Shown: one piece after another, positions 20,120 to 30,088 of the stretch | Layout of the letters: every line of letters starts with the position of its first letter | Numbering within the stretch: the stretch's first letter is position 1 | Assembly: GCA_965224025.1 (NCBI GenBank) | Contig: OZ245033.1 | Coordinates: 224,001 to 288,000 of the forward strand | DNA: 64,000 bases | Source of the DNA: Candidatus Multivorans sp. | Lineage (GTDB): Bacteria > Acidobacteriota > Thermoanaerobaculia > Multivoradales > Multivoraceae | Reading direction: 5' to 3' | The notes under the pieces: model-generated | What the model was told of the DNA's origin: nothing | The model's input: only the letters and a program-made list of their open reading frames with translations | Database searches by the model: none | Translations under genes and position numbers: made by a program

Positions 20120-21436
20120 TCAATCGCAATGCTCGGCGACCAGATCGTCCCACGCGGCGCACTTGCTCCGGTCATCGTCCGAGCAGTGCCCAAGGCCCTT
20201 CGGGCAGAGGTTCGCTTGGGCGCGGTACAGATCGCACTGAGCCTCCGTAGGCTTGTTGGCCTCGTGAATCGTCTGAAGGCCCTCGACGGAGACAGCGATG
20301 CTCGCCGCCGCGCTCTTGCAACTGGCGTCTTGAAGGTCTTGCAGGTCGCTCGTTGCGCCCCTTACGGCGGCGCAATCAGTACCGGCCAAGAACGACCCGA
20401 CATCGACCCGATCAGCTTCCAACGTGCCTTTGAGGTTCGGGACGAGTGGCCGCCCGTTCTCGCGCTTCTGATGGATCTCCGCTGCGGTCGCGTCCAGTAC
20501 GTGCAGCCTCGAAGACCCGTCGGGGTGCGTGAGACTCGCGGCCCACGCGGCACCGGGATTCCTAGCGATCATCTTCTCCCAGAACGCCGAGACGCACCCC
20601 ACGTCGTAGCCCGCCCGCGCGGCCAAGTAGACCCCCGCATAGTCGGCCTCGACCTCGAACTTCGGCGCGTGGTAGAGCGCCCCGAGGGCGCTGTAGTCCT
20701 GGTAGACGCCAGTCGCGACCGTCACGACGGCTCCCAGCAGAGCGCCGAGGATCTGGTTCTGCTTCACGGCCGCGAGATGCCCGTAGGCATTGTGCGCGAG
20801 TTCGTGGCCGAGCAGGTACGCGAGTTCGTCGTCGGTCTTGATGAAGTCCATCGCGGCGGTCGTGACCGCCACCGACTTCCCGTCCGCGAATGCGTTCACG
20901 GTCGCGTGTTCGAGCAGGCCAGCCGGGTAGTTGCAGTGCCGAGTGCTCGCCATGTAGAGCGTGGCTTCGCCTCCGTCTCGAAGAACGGTCAGCCTGTAGT
21001 GAAGCGACTGCGGGCTACGCTTCATCCGTCGCTCGGCTCGTCGTCCAGTGCCGAGATCCTTCCCGTCGCGGGCCACGATCCGGTCGCCCGCTCGCAGGCC
21101 CGCCTTTTCGGCCGGGGATCCTGCAGCTACGTGGGTCACGGTCACGTACTCGCTCGGGCCGTACTTCGCCGTCCATGCACTGCGATAGGGCTGCGCGGCT
21201 GTCGCGAGGTCGGCGAACCAGAAACCCGACATCAACCGCGTCTTCGTGCATCGGCCCGAGTTGGCGCTTGTGAGTCGGAACCAGACGCTCTGGAGCCTCT
21301 CGAACTGCTCCATGTGCTTCTTCGCCGCTTCCGCGACCGTGGCGTTGTAGGCGGTCGGGTTGACGGTTGGTGCCGACGTGGTGGTCGATACGCAGCCGAG
21401 CGCGGTCAACGCCAGTGCGGCGGCGAGTCTCTTCAT
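20120..21436 (-). CDS. lipoprotein M48-family metallopeptidase with PDZ domain (passenger of element A)
   Basis: Lipobox LTALGC; PDZ AGSPAEKAGLRAGDRI; NAFA..ELAYLLGHELAH; EVEADY; THP. Confidence 0.9.
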   Translation of the reverse strand: MKRLAAALALTALGCVSTTTSAPTVNPTAYNATVAEAAKKHMEQFERLQSVWFRLTSANSGRCTKTRLMSGFWFADLATAAQPYRSAWTAKYGPSEYVTVTHVAAGSPAEKAGLRAGDRIVARDGKDLGTGRRAERRMKRSPQSLHYRLTVLRDGGEATLYMASTRHCNYPAGLLEHATVNAFADGKSVAVTTAAMDFIKTDDELAYLLGHELAHNAYGHLAAVKQNQILGALLGAVVTVATGVYQDYSALGALYHAPKFEVEADYAGVYLAARAGYDVGCVSAFWEKMIARNPGAAWAASLTHPDGSSRLHVLDATAAEIHQKRENGRPLVPNLKGTLEADRVDVGSFLAGTDCAAVRGATSDLQDLQDASCKSAAASIAVSVEGLQTIHEANKPTEAQCDLYRAQANLCPKGLGHCSDDDRSKCAAWDDLVAEHCD

Positions 21437-21662
21437 GGGGGCCTCCTCCAGTTGAGGCACCAGCCCCTGGATTGGCGCCGGGCCGTTGCAACCGCCATGC
21501 AGCGAGCACGGACAAGGCTCCCGCCTATTCGCCCGGCTTCGGGAGCTACCCGCAGCCTCAGAACAGGCTGTTGTATTCAGCGGATAACCCGACTCAGGTC
21601 CCGCTGCTGACGATTGCAAGCCGCTACTGTAGCAGCACCAGTTCTAGGAGAACGGAGGCAAC

Positions 21663-21851
21663 GTGAGCAAGAAGAAGCGGAAGATCGAACTGGTCAAGGC
21701 GGACTACCAGCCGTCACGGGCCGAACAGCGCGACGAAGTAGCGCCGCCAGCGGACTTGATGGAGTTGCCGCTGATGGAACGGCTTGCCGAAGGTGCGCGG
21801 CGACTGCTTCAGCCCGTTGAGATCACCTACACCAAGCGCCCGCGCCGGTGA
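21663..21851 (+). CDS. small basic protein at the right end of element A
   Basis: GGAGG RBS, GTG start, 62 aa, stop 3 bp before the right IR. Confidence 0.65.
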   Translation: MSKKKRKIELVKADYQPSRAEQRDEVAPPADLMELPLMERLAEGARRLLQPVEITYTKRPRR

Positions 21852-21881
21852 GCGGCTTGGGCACTATTCGACATAATCCCC

Positions 21882-22918
21882 TTTCGGATGGTGCGGGCGA
21901 CGGCCTTCATGGGTTCGACCTTGGAGCGGTTCACGTTGGTGCACCACTGATGGAGCATTCGCAGCACGACGTTGATCTGCTTGCGGTTGAGAATTTCGCG
22001 GAGTTGCTCCCGATAGAGCCAGGCGCGTGCGGTGCGTCGGCTGGCGACCCTCTTGACGAAGCGGTCGAGGTCGGCCCGTTGGGCCGGCGTCAGGGAGTCG
22101 CGGTTCTTGAGCAGCGTCCAGCGCAGGCCCTTCAGCGACGGATCGAGGCGCTGTTCGAGGCGCCGGGTCTCGTCCACCGCCTTCGAGGCCAGGGCCATGA
22201 CGTGGAACTTGTCGAGGGTCACCTCGGCGTTGGGGAGATTCTCGGCGACGCCCTTGAGGAAGGCGGCCGACATGTCGATGGACGCCCGGCTGATCGCGGC
22301 GGGATCGCCGCCGCGCCTTTGCAGATCGTCGGCGAACTCCTCGATCGTGCCGGACTTGCGTCCCTCGGCGAGGAACACCACGCGCCGGCGCTCGCTGTCG
22401 GCGACCGCGGTCACGTAGTCGTGCCCCTTGGCGCGGGAAGTCTCGTCAATGGCCACGTGGCGCAGTTCGGAGAGGTCGTCCCGGTCGACCGCCAGCTCGA
22501 CGTAGCGCTTGCAGATCGCGTGCACCCGATGCCACGACACCCCGGTCAACCGGGCCACCGCAGCGAAGGTCATGTCTCGGCACATGGCCAGAATCAAGGC
22601 TTCGAACAGCAGCGTGAAGCCGGACAATCTGCCCGACCAGGGCGGAGTCACCAACGCCACCCGCTGGTCGGGGAGTCGCACACGGGGCACTCGCGCCTCG
22701 AGCAGGCACTCGTGCTGGAAGAAGTTGAGGTGCCGATAGCGCTTGATCTGCGTGTCGTGCACCGGATGAGAACCGCCGTCCCCCTCGTGGGCGAATCGGC
22801 TGCCCTTCCTGAAGTCGATCCGTATCGTCAACCGACGCTCCCTCTCACAGAAGTCCACGCCGTCAACGAACCACGGCGCCGACACGCCCAGCGCTCTCGC
22901 GAACAATTCCCTCTGCAT
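21882..22918 (-). pseudogene. ISL3 transposase, C-terminally truncated
   Basis: RHLNFFQHEC, FTLLFEA, AIDETS..GHDYVT, SIDMS, DKFHV; reading stops at ARTIRK where the IS1595 IR begins. Confidence 0.92.
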
Positions 22919-23166
22919 CTCTCGTCCTCCTTCAGTCGGAACAGGAGAGACGAGTCTTGCTCATTCCGATCGCCCGCGACTACAGCCGCCACCCGAAATC
23001 GCCGCGAACGCCCTCCCCACCGGACAGCTTGCGCCCTCGCCGCTACCGGTCTTCCGCAGATTCCACAGCCCGACGGCGGCGGCTACGGCGGCGGAGGCCG
23101 CTATCCCAAGACCCCCTCAGCATCTGCACTCGCCCGCGCCCTACCCACTCGCAACTCGAAAGAGGC
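21882..23166 (-). mobile_element. ISL3-family IS, 3'-truncated by element A
   Basis: Probable left end GCCTCTTTCGAG at 23166 next to AT-rich ATAACAAT; transposase cut at the IS1595 IR. Confidence 0.8.
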
Positions 23167-23348
23167 ATAACAATTCGTACACACAGCCGGGCACGAGCCA
23201 CCCGATCGACCCCAACGCCAGCCCGGACGATCCACTCGGAAACAACTTCCAATATTTTGACCTTGGCGCGCGCAAATTCTACAACTCCTTCTCATCGTTT
23301 GGAGGAGAGGGATTCTCAGAGCTTCCGCGGAAACAAGGTAACGCCTCG

Positions 23349-24704
23349 ATGAGCCTGTTCCGTGGCAGTAACGAGATCAAGTTCGGCATCGACTACCAGG
23401 ACATCGAGTTGACGAGCTTCAATAGCATCGGCGAGAAATTCACTGGAAGAGGCTTCAACAACGCTCTACCCGGCGGCTTCGCGACGCCGCTCTTCAAGGA
23501 CATCTTCGTCCCGGCGGAGCCGCGCACGACCACCACACAGGTAGTCTCCGCTTACGCCCAGGACCGCCTCGATGTCGGCGACCGTTGGACCGTACATTTC
23601 GGCCTGCGTCTCGACAGCCAGACGGCCGACAACGACGGCGGTGAGGAAGCCGTCTCGTGGACCAGGGTCGCGCCCCGCTTCGGTGCGGTATACGACCTCA
23701 AGGGCGACGGCCGCCTGCTGCTCAAGGCCTCGGCCGGGCGCTACTACCAGACCTTCCCCCAAGTCCTGATCGAGACTGAGTTCGCCCGCGCGCCCACGGG
23801 CACCAATATCTTCGACCGATTCGGGTGGAATCCCGCGACCCAGCGCTACAACATCTTCCAGCGTCGTTCGAATACCGTTGGGGACAATGCGATCCAGGAG
23901 CTCGATCCCTACTTCAAGGACGAGGTCACGGTCGGTACGCAATGGCAGTTCTCGAACAACTGGGTGTTCGAGGCGCAGGCGATCTGGTGGCAGCTCGAGG
24001 ATCTCCTCTGGGCCTCCGACCAGTTCGACGCGGCCGGCGCGGTCTATCGCGACGTGCGCAACTGGGACGGGGGCTTCCGTGACTACGTCGGGCTGCGTCT
24101 CGAGATCAACCGCGCTTTTCGCGACGGCTGGACCCTGCGCACCAACTACACCCTGAGCAAGAACGAGGGCAACAACTTCGGCCGCAATGACAACAGCTTT
24201 ACCCTGGACGACGACCTCTTCGAGGGTCTGGGGGGGATCGAGGTCGGCACCGGCGCTAGCAACGCCACCTCGGTCAACCGCAATGGGCGCGGCTTTCTCG
24301 ATCGCACCCACAACCTGAACGTCGTCGCGCTCAAGCAGTTCACAGTTGGGGAGCAGACCTTCTCGATCGGGGGCCACCTGGCCTTCCGCAGCGGCGAGCC
24401 CTGGGGCCTGCGTCAATCGACCACCGTCGTGCACCCGCAGTCGGGCCAGAGGATCCGCACCACCGCTTATCGTGAGCCACGCGACGCCAACAAGCTGGAG
24501 GACACCATCGAGCTGAGCTTGACCGGCTCCTGGGACTTCCCGATCACAGGGCGCGTCCAGGGCCGCGTGGCGATCGAGGCTGTGAACCTCAACAACGAGC
24601 AGGAGCTGGTCGCCATCAACCGGGCGAACGGCCGGCCGATACCGGGCGTCACGGCCTACCAGATGCCGAGGGAGATCAGGGGGCAGATCGGCATCCAGTT
24701 CTAG
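23349..24704 (+). pseudogene. TonB-dependent receptor, C-terminal barrel only (5' part missing)
   Basis: SAYAQD..GLRLD, APRFGAVYDLKGDG, terminal PREIRGQIGIQF; no signal peptide or plug domain. Confidence 0.8.
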
Positions 24705-24741
24705 AAGGGCTCTGCTTACAGCGCCCCATAAACTTCACTCG

Positions 24742-26361
24742 ATGAAGCAAACGTCCGGCGTCGTAACTCGGCGCGATCTGCTCCGCAATCTCGGCCTGGT
24801 AGCCGGGACGGGCTTGTTGACCCCTGGTTGTAGCCGTCGTGATGCCGGTTCGCCCGGCGAGCGGCCCAACATCGTCATGATCATGTCCGACGACATGGGT
24901 TACTCCGACCTGGGCTGTTACGGAGGCGAAATCCGCACCCCGCACCTGAACCGGTTGGGTTTCGGTGGGATGCGCTTCACACGCTTCTACACAAACAACG
25001 TGTGCTCGCCGTCGCGAGCGTCCCTGATGACGGGGATTCAAAGCGACCTCTCGCTTGAATTGGGAGAAGGGCCGGGGCTGCAACAGGCGCACATCAGCCA
25101 CCATGCACCGACCCTTGCCGAGGCGCTCCGAGGCGCCGGTTACGGAACGTACATGAGCGGCAAATGGCATTTGGCCTCGGCCACGGACGATTTCGCGAAC
25201 CTTCCTTGTCAACGAGGCTTCGATCGATTCTATGGTGGCATTATCGGGGCCTACAGCTACTTTGCGCCGTACTCGTTGATGCGAGACAACCAAACTTGTC
25301 CCGAGGAGTACGAAGACCCCGCCTACTATTTCACTGACGCGATATCCGACAATGCCGTCGATTTCCTGGAAGAGGCAGATGACAAGGACGAACCCTTCTT
25401 TCTCTACGTGGCTTATAACGCCCCCCACTGGCCGCTTCATGCCCGCGAGAGCGACGTCGCGAAGTACAGGGGGAACTACGCGCTCGGCTGGGACGAGCTT
25501 CGCGATCAGCGACACGCCCGAATGAAGAAGTTGGGAGTCATCGATCCGGATTGGCAGCTCTCCCCAAGGAACCCTGACGTGCCGGCGTGGGAAGACGAGC
25601 CGCACAAAGATTGGCAGCAACGGCGCATGGAAGTCTATGCCGCCCAAGTCGAGGTCATGGACGAAGGGATCGGACGCATCCTCGCGGAGCTCGAGCGTCA
25701 GGGCAAGCTCGACAATACCCTGGTCTGCTTCCAGCACGACAATGGCGGCTGCCGCGTCGAATACACGACCGATCACCCACATGAGAAATTCCAGTTCGAG
25801 GGGACACGTGACGGCCGTCCGCTCCACGCCGGAAATGATCCGGGGATTCTGCCCGGGCCCGAAGACACGTTTCAGAGCTACGGCTACGGCTGGGCGAACG
25901 CGTCCAACACACCGTTTCGACTCTACAAATCGCACGACCACGAGGGCGGGATCTGTGTTCCGTTGATTGCTCACTGGCCAGGGGTCATCAAGCCCGGCGC
26001 GATCAACGAGCAAACAGCCCACGTCACGGACCTGATGCCGACGTTTCTTGACGTTGCCCGCGCGGAGCGTCCGCCTGCTGCTGGGGACGAGCCGCCCATG
26101 CCCATGGAGGGCCATACCCTGGGCCCCGTGTTGCGGGGGCGCAGACGCGAGCCGCCCGAGGCACTTTTCTGGCAAGGGAGCGCGAGCCGTAGCCGCGCCG
26201 TCCGCCAGGGCAAGTGGAAGCTCGTGGCGGTCGGTGGTCAGCCGTGGGAGCTCTACGATGTCGAGGCCGATGGGACGGAGCTGAGCGACCTCGCGCCCCA
26301 GATGAGCGGAAAAGTCGCGGAACTGGCAGCCCTGTGGGACGAGTGGGCTTCGCGTAGATGA
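24742..26361 (+). CDS. arylsulfatase (Tat-exported)
   Basis: TRRDLL Tat motif, RPNIVMIMSDDMG, CSPSRASL, GKWHL, YNAPHWP. Confidence 0.95.
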   Translation: MKQTSGVVTRRDLLRNLGLVAGTGLLTPGCSRRDAGSPGERPNIVMIMSDDMGYSDLGCYGGEIRTPHLNRLGFGGMRFTRFYTNNVCSPSRASLMTGIQSDLSLELGEGPGLQQAHISHHAPTLAEALRGAGYGTYMSGKWHLASATDDFANLPCQRGFDRFYGGIIGAYSYFAPYSLMRDNQTCPEEYEDPAYYFTDAISDNAVDFLEEADDKDEPFFLYVAYNAPHWPLHARESDVAKYRGNYALGWDELRDQRHARMKKLGVIDPDWQLSPRNPDVPAWEDEPHKDWQQRRMEVYAAQVEVMDEGIGRILAELERQGKLDNTLVCFQHDNGGCRVEYTTDHPHEKFQFEGTRDGRPLHAGNDPGILPGPEDTFQSYGYGWANASNTPFRLYKSHDHEGGICVPLIAHWPGVIKPGAINEQTAHVTDLMPTFLDVARAERPPAAGDEPPMPMEGHTLGPVLRGRRREPPEALFWQGSASRSRAVRQGKWKLVAVGGQPWELYDVEADGTELSDLAPQMSGKVAELAALWDEWASRR

Positions 26362-27356
26362 TCGCCCCCCACCCCTTCGACGTACCGATCCATCTCTTCG
26401 GGGCTCTGCGATCACCGAAGCAGATGCTCGCCGACCAGGAGGAGGACGGCCATGCCTCGGTGCACGACGACCAAACGGCGAAGCAACTAGGCTTTCGTGC
26501 CGGCCCGATCGAAGGGCCGACCCACTTCAGCCAGTTCGAGCCGTTGCTTGCCGAGATCTGGGGCAAAGAGTGGTTCGAGAGCGGCTGCCTGAGCGCCCAC
26601 TACCGCAATATGGTGATTGAAGGGGAGGAGGTGCGGGCATTCGTGGAGCGGCCGACCGAAGGTGAGATCCAGGTCCGGATCCGAGCGGAGAAGGCCGATG
26701 GCACGGAGGTTCTGGTCGGTACCGCCTCGATCGGCAGCGATCCGCCACAGTCCGAGCTGGAGACCCGCCTCGCCAATCTTCGCCCACCTGGGCAGCTGGT
26801 GATCCTGCGTGATCTCGAGGTCGGCATGCGGGGGGCCGTGGTCGAAGAGGTGCGGATGGACTTCGACCAAAATATGGGTAAGTTGTACCCCTTCTCGCTC
26901 AACCAGAAGCTGGAGAAGATGACCGAGCGATCGCCCTGGTTCACCGAGGAGGGTGGCGGCGGCTCGCCCTGGGGTCGAGCGATCATTCCGCTCGAGATGG
27001 TCAGTGTGCTGCTCTGCTATAGCGGCGATCTTGCCTGCTTCCCCAGGCGCGGTCCGGCCGTCGGTCTCATTGCAGGCCAGCAGATCCGGATGATCAAAGG
27101 TCCGCTCTTCGTCAGCGAGGACTACTTCGTCGATCGCGAGATCATCGCGCTGAGCGAGAGTCGGCGAACCGAGTCGACCTGGACTCGGGTGTCTGTCCGT
27201 GAGCCGGGGTCGAAGGATCTGGTGGCCGAGATGATCGTCGGCGGAGCCACTCTCAAGGACTCGTACGCCAACTACCAGCAGGAGTTGGCGGCGTTGACTC
27301 GATAGTGGAGCCTGGGGCTGTCGCGCCCTTTGTGGGACGAGTGGGCTTCGCGTAGA
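26333..27356 (+). repeat. 26-bp exact direct repeat pair (26333-26358 and 27331-27356) flanking one gene
   Basis: TGTGGGACGAGTGGGCTTCGCGTAGA at both positions. Confidence 0.9.
26358..27305 (+). CDS. hypothetical protein, probable double hotdog (MaoC-like) fold
   Basis: SVHDDQTAKQLGFRAGPIEGPTH resembles the MaoC hydratase motif. Confidence 0.6.
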   Translation: MIAPHPFDVPIHLFGALRSPKQMLADQEEDGHASVHDDQTAKQLGFRAGPIEGPTHFSQFEPLLAEIWGKEWFESGCLSAHYRNMVIEGEEVRAFVERPTEGEIQVRIRAEKADGTEVLVGTASIGSDPPQSELETRLANLRPPGQLVILRDLEVGMRGAVVEEVRMDFDQNMGKLYPFSLNQKLEKMTERSPWFTEEGGGGSPWGRAIIPLEMVSVLLCYSGDLACFPRRGPAVGLIAGQQIRMIKGPLFVSEDYFVDREIIALSESRRTESTWTRVSVREPGSKDLVAEMIVGGATLKDSYANYQQELAALTR

Positions 27357-27358
27357 AA

Positions 27359-28567
27359 CTAGTAGTGCACGCCCTTGACGGGCCTCGGCACCGGGGTCGT
27401 GCGTGGGGCCTCGATACGACGGTGCATCTCTTCGTAGGACGCGCCGCCGCGTACCTTGTCGACCATCTCGTCGGGGTCGAAGTCGATGCCGGTGGGGTTG
27501 CGGGCGAAGTCGGCGCCTCTGATGTAGGCCAGCCCCTCCGCCTTGGTGGGGTAGTTGTCTACCTGCGTCTCGACCCTGTTGCCGTCGGGATCGGTGTAGT
27601 AGATCGAGGTGGTCATGCCGTGGTTGGTGCACCAGTAAGGTGGTTTGACGCCGCTCTCTTTCAGTCTGGCATAGGTATCGACGGCGAGTTCGTCCATGGT
27701 CTTGTACTCGAAGGCGAAGTGGTCGTAGCCCTGGTCTCCGGCGCCGCGCTCCAGCTTCCTGTCCTCGACGAGCAGGATGCGCAGAAGTCGGTGGTCGAAG
27801 CGCAGCAGGGCCAGACTCTCACTGCGCTCGGCAGCGTCACAGCCCAGCACCTGCACGTACCAGTCGACCATCGGCTCCAACTGCCTGGTGCGGATGACGG
27901 TGTGGACGAGTTCGGAGGGCGCGACGGTTTCCTTCTCCGCGGACGCCGCATCGCCTGGGGCAGGCAGACTGTGCAGATCGAAGTCGACTCCGGCGGCGGA
28001 TTCCTCCGAGCCTGCCGCCTCCCCCAGATAGGGCTCGAGATCTTCGATTCGATCGAAGCGGTCGAGGAGCATCTCGATCCGATTGCCGCTGGGGTCGGCA
28101 TAGAGGAGTGAAACGCTGTCGCCGTAGCGTCTGGCTGCGCGCGGCTCGATTCCCCCGAGTTTCAGAGCGTGATAGTTGGCGCCGAGCTCGGTGAGCGAGT
28201 CGTAGCTGAAGGTGAAGCGATCCCAACCGAGAAGGCCGGCTTCAGGCACAGGTCGACCGCCTCGCGCGAAGATCGAGATGCGGTGATGCTCGGTGTCGTA
28301 GGAGCACCAGGCGCCTCCACGAGCGCCTTGACGAGCGACGTGGTGGGGACGGCAACGAAGGAGGGTCTCGTAGAAGGTCAGTGCCTCGTTCAGGTCGGTG
28401 GTATTCACCGCCAGGTGGGCGAAGGCGGAGGGCGACACGATGTCAGCGCCTTTCGCCCCCCGCGCCGAGCCCACTCCCAGGCAAGCCCCGGCCGCCACCA
28501 TGGCTCCCTCCAGGAAGCGGCGCCGATCCATCGAGGGACCGGAGTGATCCGTTTGGGTGGCTCGCAT
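27359..28567 (-). CDS. Tat-exported protein with tandem VOC (extradiol dioxygenase-like) modules
   Basis: DRRRFL; two repeats of H..YD.EHHRI..DHFAF..HG.TTSIYYTDPDGNRVE. Confidence 0.85.
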   Translation of the reverse strand: MRATQTDHSGPSMDRRRFLEGAMVAAGACLGVGSARGAKGADIVSPSAFAHLAVNTTDLNEALTFYETLLRCRPHHVARQGARGGAWCSYDTEHHRISIFARGGRPVPEAGLLGWDRFTFSYDSLTELGANYHALKLGGIEPRAARRYGDSVSLLYADPSGNRIEMLLDRFDRIEDLEPYLGEAAGSEESAAGVDFDLHSLPAPGDAASAEKETVAPSELVHTVIRTRQLEPMVDWYVQVLGCDAAERSESLALLRFDHRLLRILLVEDRKLERGAGDQGYDHFAFEYKTMDELAVDTYARLKESGVKPPYWCTNHGMTTSIYYTDPDGNRVETQVDNYPTKAEGLAYIRGADFARNPTGIDFDPDEMVDKVRGGASYEEMHRRIEAPRTTPVPRPVKGVHY

Positions 28568-28642
28568 TGTGGGCACCTCCTGCCGAGTTTTCACGAAATC
28601 ATTTGCTAGCTTGCCACATCGCTGCCCCAGACTCCAGTCGAC

Positions 28643-30088
28643 CTAAGGAGTGCTGGTCCACTCTGCTTCGGCGTACGGCGTCTTGGTTGGCGGTGTCTCG
28701 TCAGGCAGAGGATGCGTGGGGCTGCCCGGAGCGCCTCTCACCGGCCCAGGGGCTGCGTGTCTGCCGTGCGTTTCCGCTTTCGGAAGCGCCTCGAATGCAC
28801 TGACGAGCCGTTCCAGGATCTCCGGGTGGTCCGCCGCCAGATCGGTCGACTCGGTCGGGTCCTGGACGATGTTGAAGAGCTGCCGCTCGAATTCCTGAGT
28901 TTCCGGGTTCGGCATCTGGACCAGTTTCCACTCGCCATCCAGGTAGCCGAAGTAGTAGTCCTGTTCCGGAGGCCCGCGCCAGATCTGGATGAACGGCTTA
29001 TCGCTGAGTTCGGCTTCGCCGCGGACCGCGGGCCAGAGATTTCGACCATCCAGCGGCTTTGGCGACTCCGCCGAAATTCCTGTGGCGGCCAGCAGCGTCG
29101 GCAACACGTCTTCCACCGACGTGGCCCCGGCAATGGATGATCCGCCCGGCACTTCGGCCGGCCAGTGCATGAGGGCCGGAACGCGGATACCTCCCTCCCA
29201 CCCGGTGAATTTCTCACCCCGCAGCGGGCCGTTGTCCGCCCCGACACTCTCCAAACCTCCGTTGTCGCTCATGAAGAAGATGAGTGTGTTCTCAGAACGC
29301 CCGGCTTCGTCGAGTGCCGCCCGGAGCTCGCCGATCCCGGAGTCGACTTCCGTCACCATCGCCGCAAAGATCCTGCGATGCTCATCCTCGATCGCGGAGT
29401 ACGCATCGATCGCTTCTTGCGGCGCCTGCAGAGGCGAATGAGGCGCGTTGTAAGACAGGTAGAGGAACACCGGTCTCTCTGGATCGCTCTCGCCGATCAG
29501 GCGGACGGCCTCCCGGGTCTGTAGGTGCGTGGCGTAGCCCTCTTCCATCACGGTCGACCCGTTGCGCTGCCAATCGATCGCGCCCCAGACCGTGTGCTGG
29601 TAGTAGTTCATGAAGCCAACCAATCCGCCGTAGAAATGATCGAAGCCGCGGTTCTGCGGATAGTACGGCTTCTTGTTCGGTCCGAGGTGCCACTTGCCGA
29701 CCGCGAAGGTCTGGTAGCCGGCGTCCTGGAAGTACTCCGCCAGGAGCTTCTCGTCGAGCGGCAGTCCGGTATCGAACCAGGGCTCGAGCGCCCTCAGGAC
29801 TCCCGTGTTCAGTGGCGAGCGACCCGTCATCAGCGCGGCGCGCGTCGGAGAACAGATCGGGTGGACGTAGAAGCGATCGAACGTCACTCCCTCCCTTGCG
29901 AGCGCGTCAATCTGCGGCGTTCGGATCTCGCTTCCGTTGTAACCCACGTCCCCGAAACCAAGGTCATCCGTCACGATCACGACAACGTTGGGGGGTGCCA
30001 GCGCTTCTTCCTCGTCGGCAGCGCAGCCCCCCATTCCCACAACGGCTAGTGCGATCGCGAGGCTCAGATACCGTTCTGTTCGATTCAT
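28643..30088 (-). CDS. arylsulfatase (lipoprotein)
   Basis: PNVVVIVTDDLG, CSPTRAALMTGR, GKWHLG, YNAPHSP, WEGGIRVP. Confidence 0.95.
   Translation of the reverse strand: MNRTERYLSLAIALAVVGMGGCAADEEEALAPPNVVVIVTDDLGFGDVGYNGSEIRTPQIDALAREGVTFDRFYVHPICSPTRAALMTGRSPLNTGVLRALEPWFDTGLPLDEKLLAEYFQDAGYQTFAVGKWHLGPNKKPYYPQNRGFDHFYGGLVGFMNYYQHTVWGAIDWQRNGSTVMEEGYATHLQTREAVRLIGESDPERPVFLYLSYNAPHSPLQAPQEAIDAYSAIEDEHRRIFAAMVTEVDSGIGELRAALDEAGRSENTLIFFMSDNGGLESVGADNGPLRGEKFTGWEGGIRVPALMHWPAEVPGGSSIAGATSVEDVLPTLLAATGISAESPKPLDGRNLWPAVRGEAELSDKPFIQIWRGPPEQDYYFGYLDGEWKLVQMPNPETQEFERQLFNIVQDPTESTDLAADHPEILERLVSAFEALPKAETHGRHAAPGPVRGAPGSPTHPLPDETPPTKTPYAEAEWTSTP

Larger units (their letters stand above)
16863..21881 (+). 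mobile_element. IS1595-family cargo transposon A (5019 bp)
   Basis: Perfect 27-bp terminal inverted repeats GGGGATTATGTCGAATAGTGCCCAAGC at 16863-16889 and 21855-21881 enclosing a transposase and five passenger ORFs; no target-site duplication. Confidence 0.92.
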
